Below are positions 1-12,721 of a stretch of DNA of 64,000 nucleotides, in pieces; the first letter of the stretch is position 1; each line of letters opens with the position of its first letter. The notes under the pieces were generated by a model that saw only the letters and a program-made list of their open reading frames with translations, ran no database searches and had not been told where the DNA came from. The stretch comes from Mytilus californianus (lineage: Eukaryota): contig NW_026262690.1 in NCBI RefSeq assembly GCF_021869535.1, positions 113,708,001 through 113,772,000 on the forward strand, read 5' to 3'. The translations under genes were made by a program, and so were the position numbers.

Positions 1-154
1 GGTGGCCGAGTGGTCTAAGTAGTCGAACTACTGTAGTACTAGCCTGTCAACACTGTGGTTGTGAGTTCGACTCCCGCACGGGGCAGGTGCACTCGACTCC
101 AATCTTAATTGACTAGGATTGTCAGTTTTCCTACCGAAGGTCGGTGGTTCTCTC
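1..154 (+). mobile_element. tRNA-derived SINE, 3'-truncated copy (V-domain/RUDI-like family)
   Basis: A-box GGTGGCCGAGTGG at 1 and B-box GAGTTCGACTC at 63; near-identical to the copy at 194-458; stops at GGTTCTCTC. The 5' end may run off the window. Confidence 0.85.
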
Positions 155-193
155 TTAGTGTGTACCCTGTTTCACAAGGAATTATCTATACAG

Positions 194-458
194 GAAGGGG
201 CCTCGGTGGCCGAGTGGGATAAGTAGTCGAACTACTGCATCACTAGCCTGTCAACACTGAGGTTGTGAGTTCGACTCCCGCACGGGGCAGGTGCACTCGA
301 CTCCCAATCCCAATCTTAATTGACTAGGATTGTCAGTTTTCCTACCGAATGTCGGTGGTTCTTTCCGGGCACTCCGGCTTCCTCTACCAATAAAAACTGA
401 CCGCCACGAAATAGCAAAATAGTGTTGAAAGTGGCGTTAAACACCAATCAATCAATCA
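194..458 (+). mobile_element. Full-length tRNA-derived SINE with V-domain-like core, (CAAT)n tail and 10-bp TSD
   Basis: A/B boxes; core GGTTCTTTCCGGGCACTCCGGCTTCCTC; tail ACACCAATCAATCAATC; direct repeat ATCTATACAG at 184-193 and 459-468. Confidence 0.92.
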
Positions 459-609
459 ATCTATACAGACATGGTTTGTGCATAGGTTCTTTGTACCTTT
501 TTTTCACCAGGAGTTGTGTATGTATGATTCTTTGTTCCCTTCTTCACCAGCGTTTGATTTTTAAGTACCGTGAAAATTAATCTAGCTGTATCTAGTGCTT
601 ACTATTAAA

Positions 610-693
610 ATAAGAAGATGTGGTATGATTGCCAATGAGACAACTCTCCACCAAAAACCAAATGATATAGAAGTTAACAACTATAAGTCACCG
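610..693 (+). repeat. Abundant interspersed repeat, head motif ATAAGAAGATGTGGTATGATTGCCAATGAGACAAC (class undetermined)
   Basis: Same motif recurs at 17551, 29258, 29868 (+) and 28415, 53894 (-). Confidence 0.85.
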
Positions 694-1197
694 GACTAGT
701 AATCGTAACAACACAAAAGTATGGTCTAGATGCAGTTAGTTCAAAGCTTCTACACTATAGTGATATTCTTTATTAAATTTGTCTGTTTTGAAGTCACAAT
801 ATTGACCAACATTCAGTTGCATAGTATTACTGGATAAACCATCTTGCCGTTCTTTATATGTATATACACCTAATAATCAAGATAATCAAACAACATAAAT
901 AACTGCGGTCACAACAGAACAACATAAATACAAACGAGAATGACATGACAACTAAAAAATACAAACCAAGAAAGCATTACAAAAACACAAAACAGGAAAT
1001 CACAACAAAAAACATAAACCAGTGCAACATAACATGCAAGAACACAAAACAGCACAGCACAACAAAATACAGGGTAGAGCGACACAACAACAGAAATATA
1101 AACGAGCTCTACAACGCAACAAAATTAACAACAACAAAATCACACGAGTACGACAACACAACAAAATAACATACCGAGGACGAAAAAACAACCTAAT

Positions 1198-1545
1198 ACA
1201 AAAGAGCACGACTCAATAACAAAGATACAAAAGAGCACGACTCAATAACAAAGATACAAAAGAGCACGACTCAATAACTAAGATACAAAAGAGCACGACT
1301 CAATAACAAAGATACAAAAGAGCACGACTCAATAACAAAGATACAAAAGAGCACGACTCAATAACAAAGATACAAAAGAGCACGACTCAATAACAAAGAT
1401 ACAAAAGAGCACGACTCAATAACTAAGATACAAAAGAGCACGACTCAATAACAAAGATACAAAAGAGCACGACTCAATAACAAAGATACAAAAGAGCACG
1501 ACTCAATAACTAAGATACAAAAGAGCACGACTCAATAACAAAGAT
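1198..1545. repeat. Minisatellite, 12 x 29 bp (ACAAAAGAGCACGACTCAATAACAAAGAT)
   Basis: Near-perfect units, with an A>T variant in units 3, 8 and 11; sits in a degenerate A/C-rich tract ~880-1600. Confidence 0.97.
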
Positions 1546-2751
1546 ACAATCTAGCATGACACAATAACAAAAATCAAATAGAACACGACACAGCAGAAAT
1601 CATTTTGTAAGTTGATAAGATAGAAATAAAGGTTGGATGCACATTGCTTTCAAACCAATCATCGTCTCAAATGTTTCATCATCCGAAAAGCTACGATTTA
1701 TAATAAATATACTTGAAAAAATTCTGAAAAAATATGTATCAAACCGATCTGCAAGAGATTTTAGTATAAGCATTCAGATGCGTTGGACACAAATTTGGGA
1801 TACCAAATGATTATGACGTTTAGGAGCATTAAATACAAAGACCTTAATACAAATGTAATTTTGATGGCCTTCGATCTTCTTGTGATCCCATCACCCTCCA
1901 TGTATCTATACATATTTCACATCCCAAACGACTTTTGGTTCTAAGCATTTCTGATCAGAAGCCTTTCTAATGTAAACCATGCAGTATATTTGAGTGTGAT
2001 GCTAACGGTCAATATCAATAATTTCATCGGTGAACAACCTTTCGTTTAATATTTGATATTAAGCAATGCCCATTGAGAATATGAAAATTAGAGAGAGAGA
2101 GAGAGAAAAATTCATTGTACTGGCTATAAGTAATGATTAGAGCAAGGTTAAAATCCGGTAAATGCTTACCTATAGTAAAGGTATAATTACGGACATATTA
2201 AATGCTTCGACATCTACGTCAAAGTACTACGACCGTTCGTTTGTAAACCCAACTCAGCAAGGGACCAGCTCGGTAATTTAATTCAGTAATATTTACCATA
2301 AAACAACGTTAAAATTTTCATTTCTTTAAAACGAACTCAAACAAATGATGTGACAAATTAAAACTTTGCTTCACCCTTTGAAGTTCACCTGTCCAGGTGA
2401 GTATTTACACTTATTTGTTGACATTTCTGGTATACGTTAGATGTGCGTCAATGACACAAAAAAGTTCTGATTAAACATGGCAAGATAGGTGGAATAAACT
2501 TATCACTGCAATTCTCTTAACTTCAAAGTATCTCTTATGAACCAAAATCACTCTAAGCTCTAATGTCGAATTGTTGACTTTGGAATTTTCGTATGAATGG
2601 CATAAAGACGGAATTTTTATATTAAAGGAATATACTCCCTGCAACGATTTAGCATTTTGTTTTGATTAAAACTTGTTTGTCAAAGACCACTTTATTTGCC
2701 ATTGAACGATACTATGTTTACATGATTTTTACCACATAGGCATTATAGATC

Positions 2752-2816
2752 CGGCGAAATTGGCGCGAAAACGTTTTGTGTTACATGCATGTTGACTGGG
2801 TCGTCTGCAGGTAACG
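2752..2816 (+). promoter_or_regulatory. Possible promoter/first-exon end: E2F-like GGCGCGAAA and donor CAG|GTAACG
   Basis: Reverse complement TTTCGCGCC at 2762-2770 matches the E2F consensus; donor GT at 2811. Motif-level evidence only. Confidence 0.2.
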
Positions 2817-3121
2817 ATTTCATTGCATTTTTTAATAACTTTATTCAGTATTGCAAAAGGTAAATCCCTAACGGGTTAAAATGCAAACATTACATGAATT
2901 AAAGCTATGTTAATGTACATAAGAAACATACAACACATGAATAAAGTTCTAAACGAGTTAAATTAATAATTCGGTAAAGCAGTCAATAAATCATAGGTGG
3001 AAGATAACAAAGCGATGAATTTAAAAAGGAAGAAACAAAGAAAATCAAACCTTGAACAAGAGAAAGCAAAAGCATAAAAAAATTCAGCTTTTGGCAAAGC
3101 GATATTTGAGGAACGGCTATC

Positions 3122-3256
3122 CATTGGCGGATCCAGTGGGTGTTCCGGGGGTTGAACCCCCCATTTTCTTTTCGATTTATAAAAAAAAAATATGAACGTT
3201 TAATGGTATTCCGGGGGTTTAAACCCTCCTTTTTAAAATGGCTGGATCCATACCTG
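3122..3256. mobile_element. MITE, CAG(G/T)GGCGGATCC-type TIR family, degenerate
   Basis: Ends CATTGGCGGATCCAG...CTGGATCCATACCTG; flanks CTATC/CTATG (5-bp TSD, 4/5). Confidence 0.75.
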
Positions 3257-3694
3257 CTATGGTAGTCTTAAACACTCTTAGCTTATATGCATTCCTTATA
3301 AAATAATTGTCTTTTCTTTTCATGGCCAAAATGATTATATATAACCTTATGACCGTCTTGTTTCCAGTTTTTTTTTTTATTAATTCCTTCCATCCATTAT
3401 TTCACATTCGCTTTGGATTTCCACTTCTTGATTATAACTTTAATCTTTTAAAACAAATATTTTATTCGACGCCTCTTTTTATTCCTGAATCCCCCCTTTT
3501 CCTAAAAAAACACAATCTTTAAGATTATTTTGAGAAATGTCATATTCAAGGTTGCTTATCAATACCAAAACTGATTAGCAGGAAAATAATTCGGTGAATT
3601 TATAGAGTAGTTTTTCTTAATTGTTGACGAAAAATGTGTCGTTTGGGTTGCTGTCTCATTGACGTATACCCTAAACCTGTTTCTATTCATATAT

Positions 3695-3808
3695 GAGGGT
3701 CTGGGTAGGGTTTACCGAATAGAGAATAATAGGAAAAAAATGTAAAAAATAGAGGAAAATGGCTTAAAAAATTAAAGAACAGAATTGAGGGACCCGATCC
3801 AGACCCTC
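3695..3808. mobile_element. MITE, GAGG...CCTC family with 6-bp TSD
   Basis: TIR GAGGGTCTGG/CCAGACCCTC; TSD ATATAT at 3689-3694 and 3809-3814. Confidence 0.85.
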
Positions 3809-5127
3809 ATATATAAAATCATACAAATTCCAGTTATTTAAATTGTCCTTTGGAAATGCAAAATTTTCTATGATTAGGAAACATCTTGTTACGGGAAAAC
3901 CACTCAAGACACCAAAAACACACGAATACTATCAAAAAAATGTTTTGGCATTTTTACAATGACTCACAAAATATGTAAAGTAAGAACAACTTGAATTTGA
4001 CCTGTACATAAACCTTATATACAGGGGACTGTTATATTTTCTTTGATGTCAAGTATAGACTCTCAAAGATAGGCCTAGTTTCAAGTGTAAGAGTGCATTA
4101 GCAAAAACCCGACTTAATGAATATTGTTTTCATAAGCACCTTACATATCATAATTTGACTATGATAGAGTCATTTCTAGTGACATGAAATAATAAAGATC
4201 ATTTATTGACAAGGGGATTTTAACACAGAAGACCCGGACTCGTAGGTCAATGCTTTGAAGTTGTAATATACCCTCAAATACCGTCAAGCTAATGTTTATT
4301 TTACGTGTTTTGATTGTGTACTCTCATCAAAAAATAAATTCGATGTCACTTTCTGTCAACTCTAGGGGGTAAGTGTGTACTCGTTTTATTGTGTTCTTTT
4401 GACCTAAAGATTTGTCCGCCAAAAGATTTTTCGCTCGTTGCTTGGGGGCCAATTCGGTTGTTCTGAAACTTATCGATCGTCCCTTCACTTTCCAATTTTT
4501 CCTCTGTTCACAATAATGAAAAAAAAATAAGATTTTTTTTAATCTTTTTTTTTTTTGATCTGGCTTACATCGGGCTACATCTATGAAATAAAGACGATTT
4601 CATGAACAAACACATCATCCTCTAGATACAGACGTTCTCAATGTCAAGTTAAACTCATGCAATTACTTAAATTGGATGCAATTTGAACCCCCCTCAACCC
4701 CAACCCCGTTCCATTTTATTTATTTATCCATCTTTCATTTAAATATGTTCTGCAAATTCAATTTCAAAATAATAATAGATAGCATTACGCAGCTTTTTTT
4801 CTAGTTCCACATTCTATTCATGATAAAAGAGACTAAATAAAAGAGGACATGTAGAGTTTAACCGTTAGCTCTTCATTTTGAAAACCCTCTGTTACAACAT
4901 TGCTAGTTTTATATAGATGTAGAGTTCTAGAGCAAGAAACATATGAAAGTCAAGTCTGCTTTTTTTTTTAATTTCGAAAGAGTCATAGTATTTCCCTCAT
5001 GAATCCACTTCTTGATATTTTCTGTGATTTAACTGCAAGTCCAGTCGTCAAAGCATATCATCGATATTTATATCTGTAGAATGAACCAAGTCAAAAATAT
5101 AACTTCCGTCATCGTAAATTTCGCTAT

Positions 5128-6061
5128 GCAGACTCAGCATCCTCCAAAATGACGTCTTGACCAATGAGAACGCCTAAAACGGTGACGTACCATGACTAAA
5201 TATATTGGCTTATAAAATTAAAAAAACATCCTGCAACCGAATCTGTTTACTAACATAAGCTGATTAAATAAGTTTTCGTGAATGAATATCTTTATTGTCC
5301 ATTAAATAAAACATAAAATCATTGACGTAAAATGTTACCTTCTATAGAGGTTACCTTAAATACGATACTACTAGCGAGCATTTTAAGTTAACTGCAGATA
5401 AAGCTACAGGTCTCAAACGCTCTACTGTACTTTCTGGTGCAGTTCGGATAATTATTACGCATACTAGTATATGTAGCATTACAAAAAGTCCCAGGGATTC
5501 CGAAAAGGAAGCGGCAACAAAAAGTAAGACACGGGTTGCCTGGAACTTGTATGCGAAGCGGGGACATTTCATTTGTACATGTTCCAAGAAGATTGAGATA
5601 GCAGACTCCGCGTCCTCGAAAATGACGACTTGACAAATGAGAACGCATAAAACAGTGACGTACCTTGTCTAAATATATTGGCACATGAAAAAAAAACCAA
5701 CACCCTGCAACCGAATCTGTTTATTAACATAAGCTGATTTGATAATTTTGTTGAATGAATATCTTTTTAGTCCTTTACAAATAAAACATAAAATCATTGA
5801 CGTAAAATGTTACCTTCTATAGAGGTTACCTTAAATACGATACTACTATAGCGAGCATTTTAAGTTAACTGCAGATAGAGATACAGGTCTCAAAGGCTCT
5901 ACTATACTTTCTGGCGCAGTTCGGATAAATATTACGACAACTATAGTATGTCCATCATTACGAAATTTCCAAGCATTCCGAAAAGGTTGCGACAACAAAA
6001 AGTAAGACACGACGTCATCTAGTTCGGGGAGTTTTCATTTGTACATATTTCAAGAAGATTG
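5128..6061. repeat. Tandem duplication of a ~475-bp motif-rich segment (5128-5595, 5601-6061)
   Basis: Both copies begin GCAGACTC and end TTCATTTGTACAT..CAAGAAGATTG and align throughout, with scattered substitutions and indels. Confidence 0.93.
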
Positions 6062-6649
6062 GCATTTAATTCTAATGATAAAATTGGAATTTCCCACCTC
6101 CATATGTTTACGACCAAAAATGAAGTACTTTAAGTAGTAAATAAGTCGCCGAAATTTCCTAGTTAATTTTTTTCAATTTTTTTTATAAATTCCTCAGCAG
6201 CAATGTCTTATTGACACAGGTGTGACTAATTGCATCGTATCAAAATTCAGTCACTTTACCTGCTATTAGCCAAACATTGATTAAATAAAGAGAAAATTCC
6301 ATTGTCCCAAACTCATTCAATTTAGCTTAGCTACTAGTAACATCCTACGAAAATGTCACGCAAAGAAATCAGCATTATCCAACTGTCTTGTGTTTGACTG
6401 ATGGGCTCTGAAGTTTGAACAAAACAGCAAGATTCCATCCTTCCTTTTACAAAGGGGTTACTACTGCAATACAAAATTCGACCTACAAAATAAAATGTTA
6501 CTCAATATTTGAAGACTTAATCAGTGTAAAAGCCTAATTAAGGGGCGTAACTGTTACAAAAGGCAATATTAAAAGATCTTAACACTGATTAGTTGCCGTC
6601 CCATCTGAATACAAACACACAATGTTATATTTGAGTTTGTCATTTCCAG

Positions 6650-6706
6650 GGTACTTTCACCTTTTAGATATGTTCCGTTAACTCTTGCTGCTCAAGACGA
6701 TGAATG
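6650..6706 (+). CDS. Candidate isolated coding exon (xVLSPFRYVPLTLAAQDDE)
   Basis: Acceptor TTTGTCATTTCCAG, donor TG|GTATTT, 57 nt open. No phase-compatible partner exon found. Confidence 0.22.
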
Positions 6707-6777
6707 GTATTTTATAAACGTTTTATAATTTACTTTTGAATAATTTCGCGGGTGTTCTGATCTTCGTTAGTATTATT

Positions 6778-6961
6778 GAGACTGCACGGATAGGGTATAC
6801 AGAATACAAACAATGGGTGAAAACAAGGAAAAAAACAAAAATAGAAAATAATGGGGTGCTTCGATATAAAGAAAAGAGTATACTACTAGTAATTGACTTG
6901 AAAAATAAAAAAATAGAGAAATATGGCCTGAAAATGAAAGAATACACAAATGAAGACCCTC
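6778..6961. mobile_element. Degenerate GAGG-family MITE (explains ORFs 6723-6984)
   Basis: Interior GGGTATACAGAATA..AATAATGGGG resembles 3695 and 54008; right end GACCCTC. Confidence 0.55.
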
Positions 6962-9391
6962 AAGGTTGTTTAGGGAAAAAATAAATGTGCGTGCTATTAA
7001 ACAATTATTATAAAGATGTTGTTTAATCTTTTCAAGTTACTCCTCGTGACAAGACAGTTATTACCATGCATGCTTTGAAACAAAACTAAGCCCACACAAT
7101 AAACGAAAAGGTAGCTTGGCGTGATTTTAATACAAAACGTCAACAAAATCTTTAATGAAACCCGGTAAACCTTTCCCTTAAAAAAATCATAATCAAAGTG
7201 TCTGATTGCAATCGATAAGGATGTACCCGGTTACAAACTCTGATTATTTGTCAACATATAATGAGTCATAATTTGGAAAGAAGAGCCGTTAATATCCTGT
7301 GGGTGACACCCGAGAGGTACCAAACAATACAGATCAGAAACCTTACCGTACTATACATTGTTATTTATTCGCAGTTATCTAACTACAAATTATAGGGTAT
7401 AATATTTTGTAATTTATGACCGAACGGATTAAATTTATGCATATTTCAACCCAGCTTCAGGGAAAACCAGAAATATTTAAAAATGGAATCCAATTTTTTG
7501 TATGGAATTCCTGTAATCTGCCTTAAGGCGACATTTGTCATAGCTATTAATTTACTACGATGCGCGTTTGTCATTTTCATTGAATTTCAAAATTGAATTA
7601 GGAAACAAATCCCGAACAGAAATACGTCGACCACATAAGTTGAGAAAGATACATTAAACTGGTGGGGGTGGACGGGGCAGCAAAAGTTGACCATGTTTGA
7701 CCAAACAAATTTTGACAAGTAAAAAAGGTGTCAGAAAACAGGAGGTAGTAAGGTCGTGTATGGTCATTCACTGTGTTCTTACATTTTTACATGATAAATT
7801 GTGATGGCATGTTGAAACAAAAGCAAAGGAAATACGTAATGATGCCTTACAGCCAACATTCCCCTCTATCCCAAATCTCCGCAACCATAAAAGGATTATT
7901 AAACCCATTGGAACAAACCAAAACTAACTATGTCCATAACACAATCTGCATGACAGATCAATTAACAGCGTATAGTTTCCGTAGAGACACTGGAAATCGC
8001 GCTAAACCTCTAAACCACGCTTAACCTCTAAACCGGAATATTTGTTCTCACTATTGAACGAAAAAAATCAAAGATTAACACCTAGTTGTGACAGATTGCA
8101 TCGAAGCTGTGAAATGGCTTTGAGTCAATAAAACATCCGATACATATATTGTATAGCTGTTAGCAAAATAAAACGTCTTGTGGTATAATTTTCAGCCGTT
8201 TTATCATACTTAGTTTATTGTATCCTGTGCAAGCAACTGACATAGTTGGTAAATGAAGAAATTGTATACATATACATACTAGTACTGATTTTGTACGTGT
8301 TGATAATAACAGGAAACAATTTAAGTCATTTAAAAAGTTAATATTTTTGACAGTCAAATAGTAACAGCATACCCACGCAGTGAAACTAATTACTGTCTAC
8401 TGACTAATTTTCAAATGTAATAGTTACAGACATTAAAATCAAATTATGAAAAAAAGCGTTTGATATGAAAGGTGAAAAGCGGATAAAAGTATTTCATTCA
8501 GGTGTCAAACATAAAAGTTCTTACAACCCTGCTGGGTTTAGCATCATTCATAAAATCATTTGAAATACCGTTACAAATTTAAATGTTCAATTTCTCCGTT
8601 TAGATAATTGTCGTTTACTTTAATTGCCACTAAAGTTCGCAATAAGTCATGGATTTCTATTGTGTTCAGTCGTTAATCATGTCATGGTTCTGAAAGTGAC
8701 CGCTACATCACTTTCATTGACATCATTGGTCTGATAAACATTATCCTTGAAAACGCATTGGTCTGAAAGCATTATATCTTCGCATATCCATAAAATAATC
8801 AAGAAAATTCTTGTATATGTGAAACCAAAAACAAATTATTTCAACATGGGGTCTGTTTTTATTCTTTCGTATCATATTAAGCAGTGGGTACAACAACCAA
8901 TAAAATCCTAACAATAAAACTCCACTTTAGAACATCAGTTTGATACAAGACTTCTGAACACTGAAAAAATGACTCAGTGCAGTTATACGTGACGTTGGGG
9001 ATAAAAGGCAATTTTCCTGTATATCTCGGTGTGTTTATAACTTGTGAGCGCTGTAAGTCAATACATTCTATTGAAAGACTCCGAGAGTTAGTCAACACTT
9101 ATTAAAGGGCCAACTTTTTAGGGGATTTCCCACTTTAATCTTACATAATTGAAGAGTAATTACTTTTTATCAAAAAGAAGGTTGTCTTTAAATTTATGGT
9201 ATAGTAGTATTTTTTGTAATGACACATTTCTGTGTGTTTGTGTGTGTGTGTGTGCACTTCATTTCGATGTTAATGGAAGATATCTGGTAGTCATTCATAA
9301 TTTTACTAAACTCTGGACAAATATTTTAGAGCTTCCATGAATTATTCTTGATTTGTTGGTGTCTGCATAACGTCTAGTTTTTAACTAAAAT

Positions 9392-9590
9392 TGCTTAACG
9401 TCCGGTGGCAAATATTTCTTTTATATTAATGTGATCGATTTATTAGTTGTTGCTTGCTTAAAGTCCAGTGGTTAGTATTTCATTGATATTATTGATTGAT
9501 TGTTGTTTGCTTAACGTCCAGTGGCAAGTATTTCATTATATAATTGATCGATTATTTGCTTGCTTGTTTAACGACCAGTGGCAAGTATCT
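9392..9590 (-). repeat. Four tandem copies (53-63 bp) of a SINE/LINE 3' tail, TGCTTAACGTCCAGTGGCAAATATTTC on +
   Basis: Copies at 9392, 9455, 9508, 9565; the same motif is the tail of the SINE at 62385. Confidence 0.8.
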
Positions 9591-10789
9591 GAAATTGATA
9601 TTATTGAAGTTATTTTGTATTTTGATCGACAATTCTATCTAATACGGACGCGACTGTTGCGACGTTTTCCGATTTGTTGAAGCAGTATCGATTGTCAGTT
9701 TTACATCAGACAATGACACGTGCTAAGCTTAAGAAAATCACCATTGACAGAACTTTCATAATACTCATTATCATACGGTAAACACTTCCCTGGAACTATT
9801 AATATACTAGTATTCTACATTAACCGACCCCCAACGTTTCGCCTAAACATCAAAGCACTCGAGATTTCTTACTGGCTAACCTTGAAATATAAAAATTATG
9901 ACGTTATACACCTTACAAAAGGAAAGAATTTCCCAATGTTGTAATACGTGCAATGTTAGTAATAAACATGTTTACGTATCGCTTTTAATATTCTTTTGTG
10001 ACGTAAAATGAACCGAATGCGGTTGTCGTTTAAATGGATAAGTGTCAAAAGGTAAATACTCATAATTTTACATCGAACTTAGCTAGTAAAAGATTATATG
10101 ACCCTTGACCAATTAGAGAAAATTTAAGTGTTTACTTGGTTTTTTATTACCATTATTTTTATGGGTATTGTTCGGTATAGTTTATTAGACTGATAGTAAT
10201 GCACAGAGGAACAAGAACAATGGGTTCTCAGACCTACCACGACAATCTATAGACTATAGTTTTTACCAGTCAGGCTTTTTCCCTCCTAACTTTGATCAAT
10301 ATGCGGCTCAATACAATACTTTTTTATTCTAATAAATATACTTCTCATACAGGACATCAATAAGTACCACAAAGATAACGTAGTACTTCATAAACAATAG
10401 AATTTCGATCATTTTCTCGAGTGTTTACTGTTTTAAAACGCCAATGTCAAGGAAGATATTCAGGGCCATTTGTAAAATGGAACAGTATAAAATGGACGTA
10501 AATATACTCATTAGTGACTGACACATGTTGTACAATAGGATAATTCGTCTAGTTTTCTTCACGTGTACATGAAATCTTTCCTTTAATCATCTATTTCGTT
10601 CAAGCTTATTCGTCAAAAAAAGTCAGTATACAAGAAAACAGAACTTTCATCAACCACAGGGGATTTGTCTTTGGGCATACTACAGTTAATTTAAAAAAAA
10701 TCAAACTGTCCCACAGACAAGACCGTGTCTTTTACGACTTCCATTGCTCTATGTAAACTGTAATCTGCAGTTTCTTATAGATGACACCT

Positions 10790-10945
10790 AGGTTTTTATT
10801 TGGGTTAGTGGTATTCAATCTTTAGTTTTACTATATTTCGTGTATTTGACTGTTGGTTGCTTTTTCGTCGGTTTTCTTTTTGCCATGGTGTCACAGTATC
10901 GGTTTCTCTACGATTTATAATATTTGATTGTCCTTTTGGTATCTC
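10790..10945 (+). repeat. Unamplified copy of the common element GGGTT..GTTGCTCAATCTTTAG...CCTTTGGTATCT
   Basis: Shares motifs with 21495-21650, 28780-29185, 31755-32990 and 44958-45165. Confidence 0.65.
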
Positions 10946-11106
10946 TCGATTCTTTTCCATTGTCGGATGCTTGTTCGAGTCACGGGTACAAAAGAATATA
11001 AAAAGATAGACTTTTCTTTATTTTTCAATGAACACCGACTCAAGTAGTGCAGTCGTTATATTCCACCCATGGTCACTCCCGGTTAACTCGAAGGAGCCTG
11101 TATCCA

Positions 11107-11519
11107 ATATATATATATGCAACCATAGGTTTGAACGTTGTTTTCAATTTAGACTTGTTTATATATATATATATTATATAAACAAGTCTAAATTGAAAAC
11201 AACGTTCAAACCTATGATTGCGTTGGATAAAAACCGCAATTTTTATACGTGTGCATGTCAAACAAATTTCTTGTTAAAGGGGTCTAAATACAGCACAAAC
11301 AACATTTTCCAAAAGACCAAAAAAGTGAAAAAGTATATTTTAACAAAACGCATTTGACTAACAGGTCGAACAACGGATGTTCTTAAACCCTGCTGACTGC
11401 CAATTATATATATATACAACTCGTCTAAACATCAACCCAACAATGTTAGATCTTTAAATTTGCTTTCGCAAATTTTTTGTTCTTCCCTCGCCGGGATATA
11501 AACAAGTTATATATATATA
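11107..11519. mobile_element. Cluster of retroelement 3'-end fragments embedded in (TA)n tracts, including a 41-bp-arm palindrome
   Basis: (TA)n at ~11107-11118, 11161-11180, 11405-11416 and 11509-11519 separate fragments 11120-11160 (inverted), 11180-11402 and 11417-11497. Confidence 0.7.
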
Positions 11520-11565
11520 GCGTTTACCAATAATGTTAATACCAAAGTGTGTGCGAATAAACCCA

Positions 11566-11611
11566 CCAAAGATACCAGGATAAACATTCTGTACGATAGA
11601 CGCGGGTCTCG
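11566..11611 (-). mobile_element. Degraded retrozyme family A relic (3' half of hammerhead region)
   Basis: CAAAGATACCAGG..GTACGATAGACGCGGGTCTCG resembles the reverse complement of CGAAACGCGCGTCTGGCGTA..CCTGGTACCTTTG. Confidence 0.5.
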
Positions 11612-12721
11612 AAAATACACTTTAAAAACAGGAACAAACGCCGACCTTGTTGAACGCATACCGCTAAAAGGACAACCAGTAAATAAAGTATGTTCATAAC
11701 AATGTTTTTGATATTAAAAGTTTAATTTGCATTGTGAGTTGAGAGCAAAGTACATAAAACATAATTATGACGCGCTATACACAGCTGTTAACCGACATAA
11801 CAGAACTATTATAAGTAATTATATGTGCCCTTTTTCGTAAAGGGATAATGCTCGACGCAATATAAGTCAATTAACATTACAAAAATCTAGTTTTCACTAT
11901 CCAATGCACTTTCACTCCTTTAAATGTGTCTTCAAAGTCTCACTTTACCGAAGTTTAAAGCGATTTGACATGAAAGGGGCTAACACAGAGTTAATATAAA
12001 TTGTCCATCCTGTGTGTTGCCACTTTTGTGCGACCACCCCTATTCTTTAAAAAAAATGCCAAGCTTTTCGAGACTGGTACAAGAATCATTACAAAAATAT
12101 GTTAATCAAAACAAATATATAGTAAATGAGTAGTTCGAACCTCATACCACGCACGTTGTTTATACGAAGTTGAGTATTTTCCAAAAAAGATAAATTACTG
12201 TACCATGTGGACATTTTACATTAACCAGTAATTAAAGATATGACACTATTATCCCTGTCTGACAATTAAACAATATATAGGATGACGTAATGGATTTAAA
12301 CCATTAGATCATTGGCATTAGCATATACTTTGGTCTGGTAGTAACTTGCATGTATGTTTCACGCCAATCAAACGTTTAAAACAAAAGACTCCGGAGATCA
12401 AAGGGTCTTTATACCTTTGACTATTGTGGGTGGAAGACTATCTACCGTGATCATAATAAGATATAAAAATATTGTGTTAATGAATCGGCATTCATAAAGG
12501 GCTATCCAGTACATAAAAACTATGTAATTAACAGATAGGAACAATTAACTGGGTTGTTTGTGTCCTTGAAGACTACAGATTAAGCAAGGGTACATGCATG
12601 ACAAATCAAATTCGTGAACGTTTCAAGTTGTAGTGTTTTGTTTTACATCTGTGGGATCTACTTACAACACTTAAAGCGATTCAGACACACCAAATTAATT
12701 AAGTTTTTTTGTCATTGTCTA

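Noticed and set aside
1-300. tRNA genes
   Set aside because: A/B boxes are present, but no full cloverleaf is evident and the sequence continues into a SINE core and tail with a TSD.
945-1219. Lys/Thr/Asn-rich ORFs
   Set aside because: Low-complexity A/C tract, open in several frames.
3122-3256. Assignment of CAG-GGCGGATCC MITEs to PIF/Harbinger
   Set aside because: Flanks show 5-bp rather than 3-bp duplications in four copies.
8877-9055. Possible minus-strand terminal exon (..PNVTYNCTESFFQC..)
   Set aside because: Its apparent acceptor is equally a plus-strand donor; no partner exon or homology recognised.
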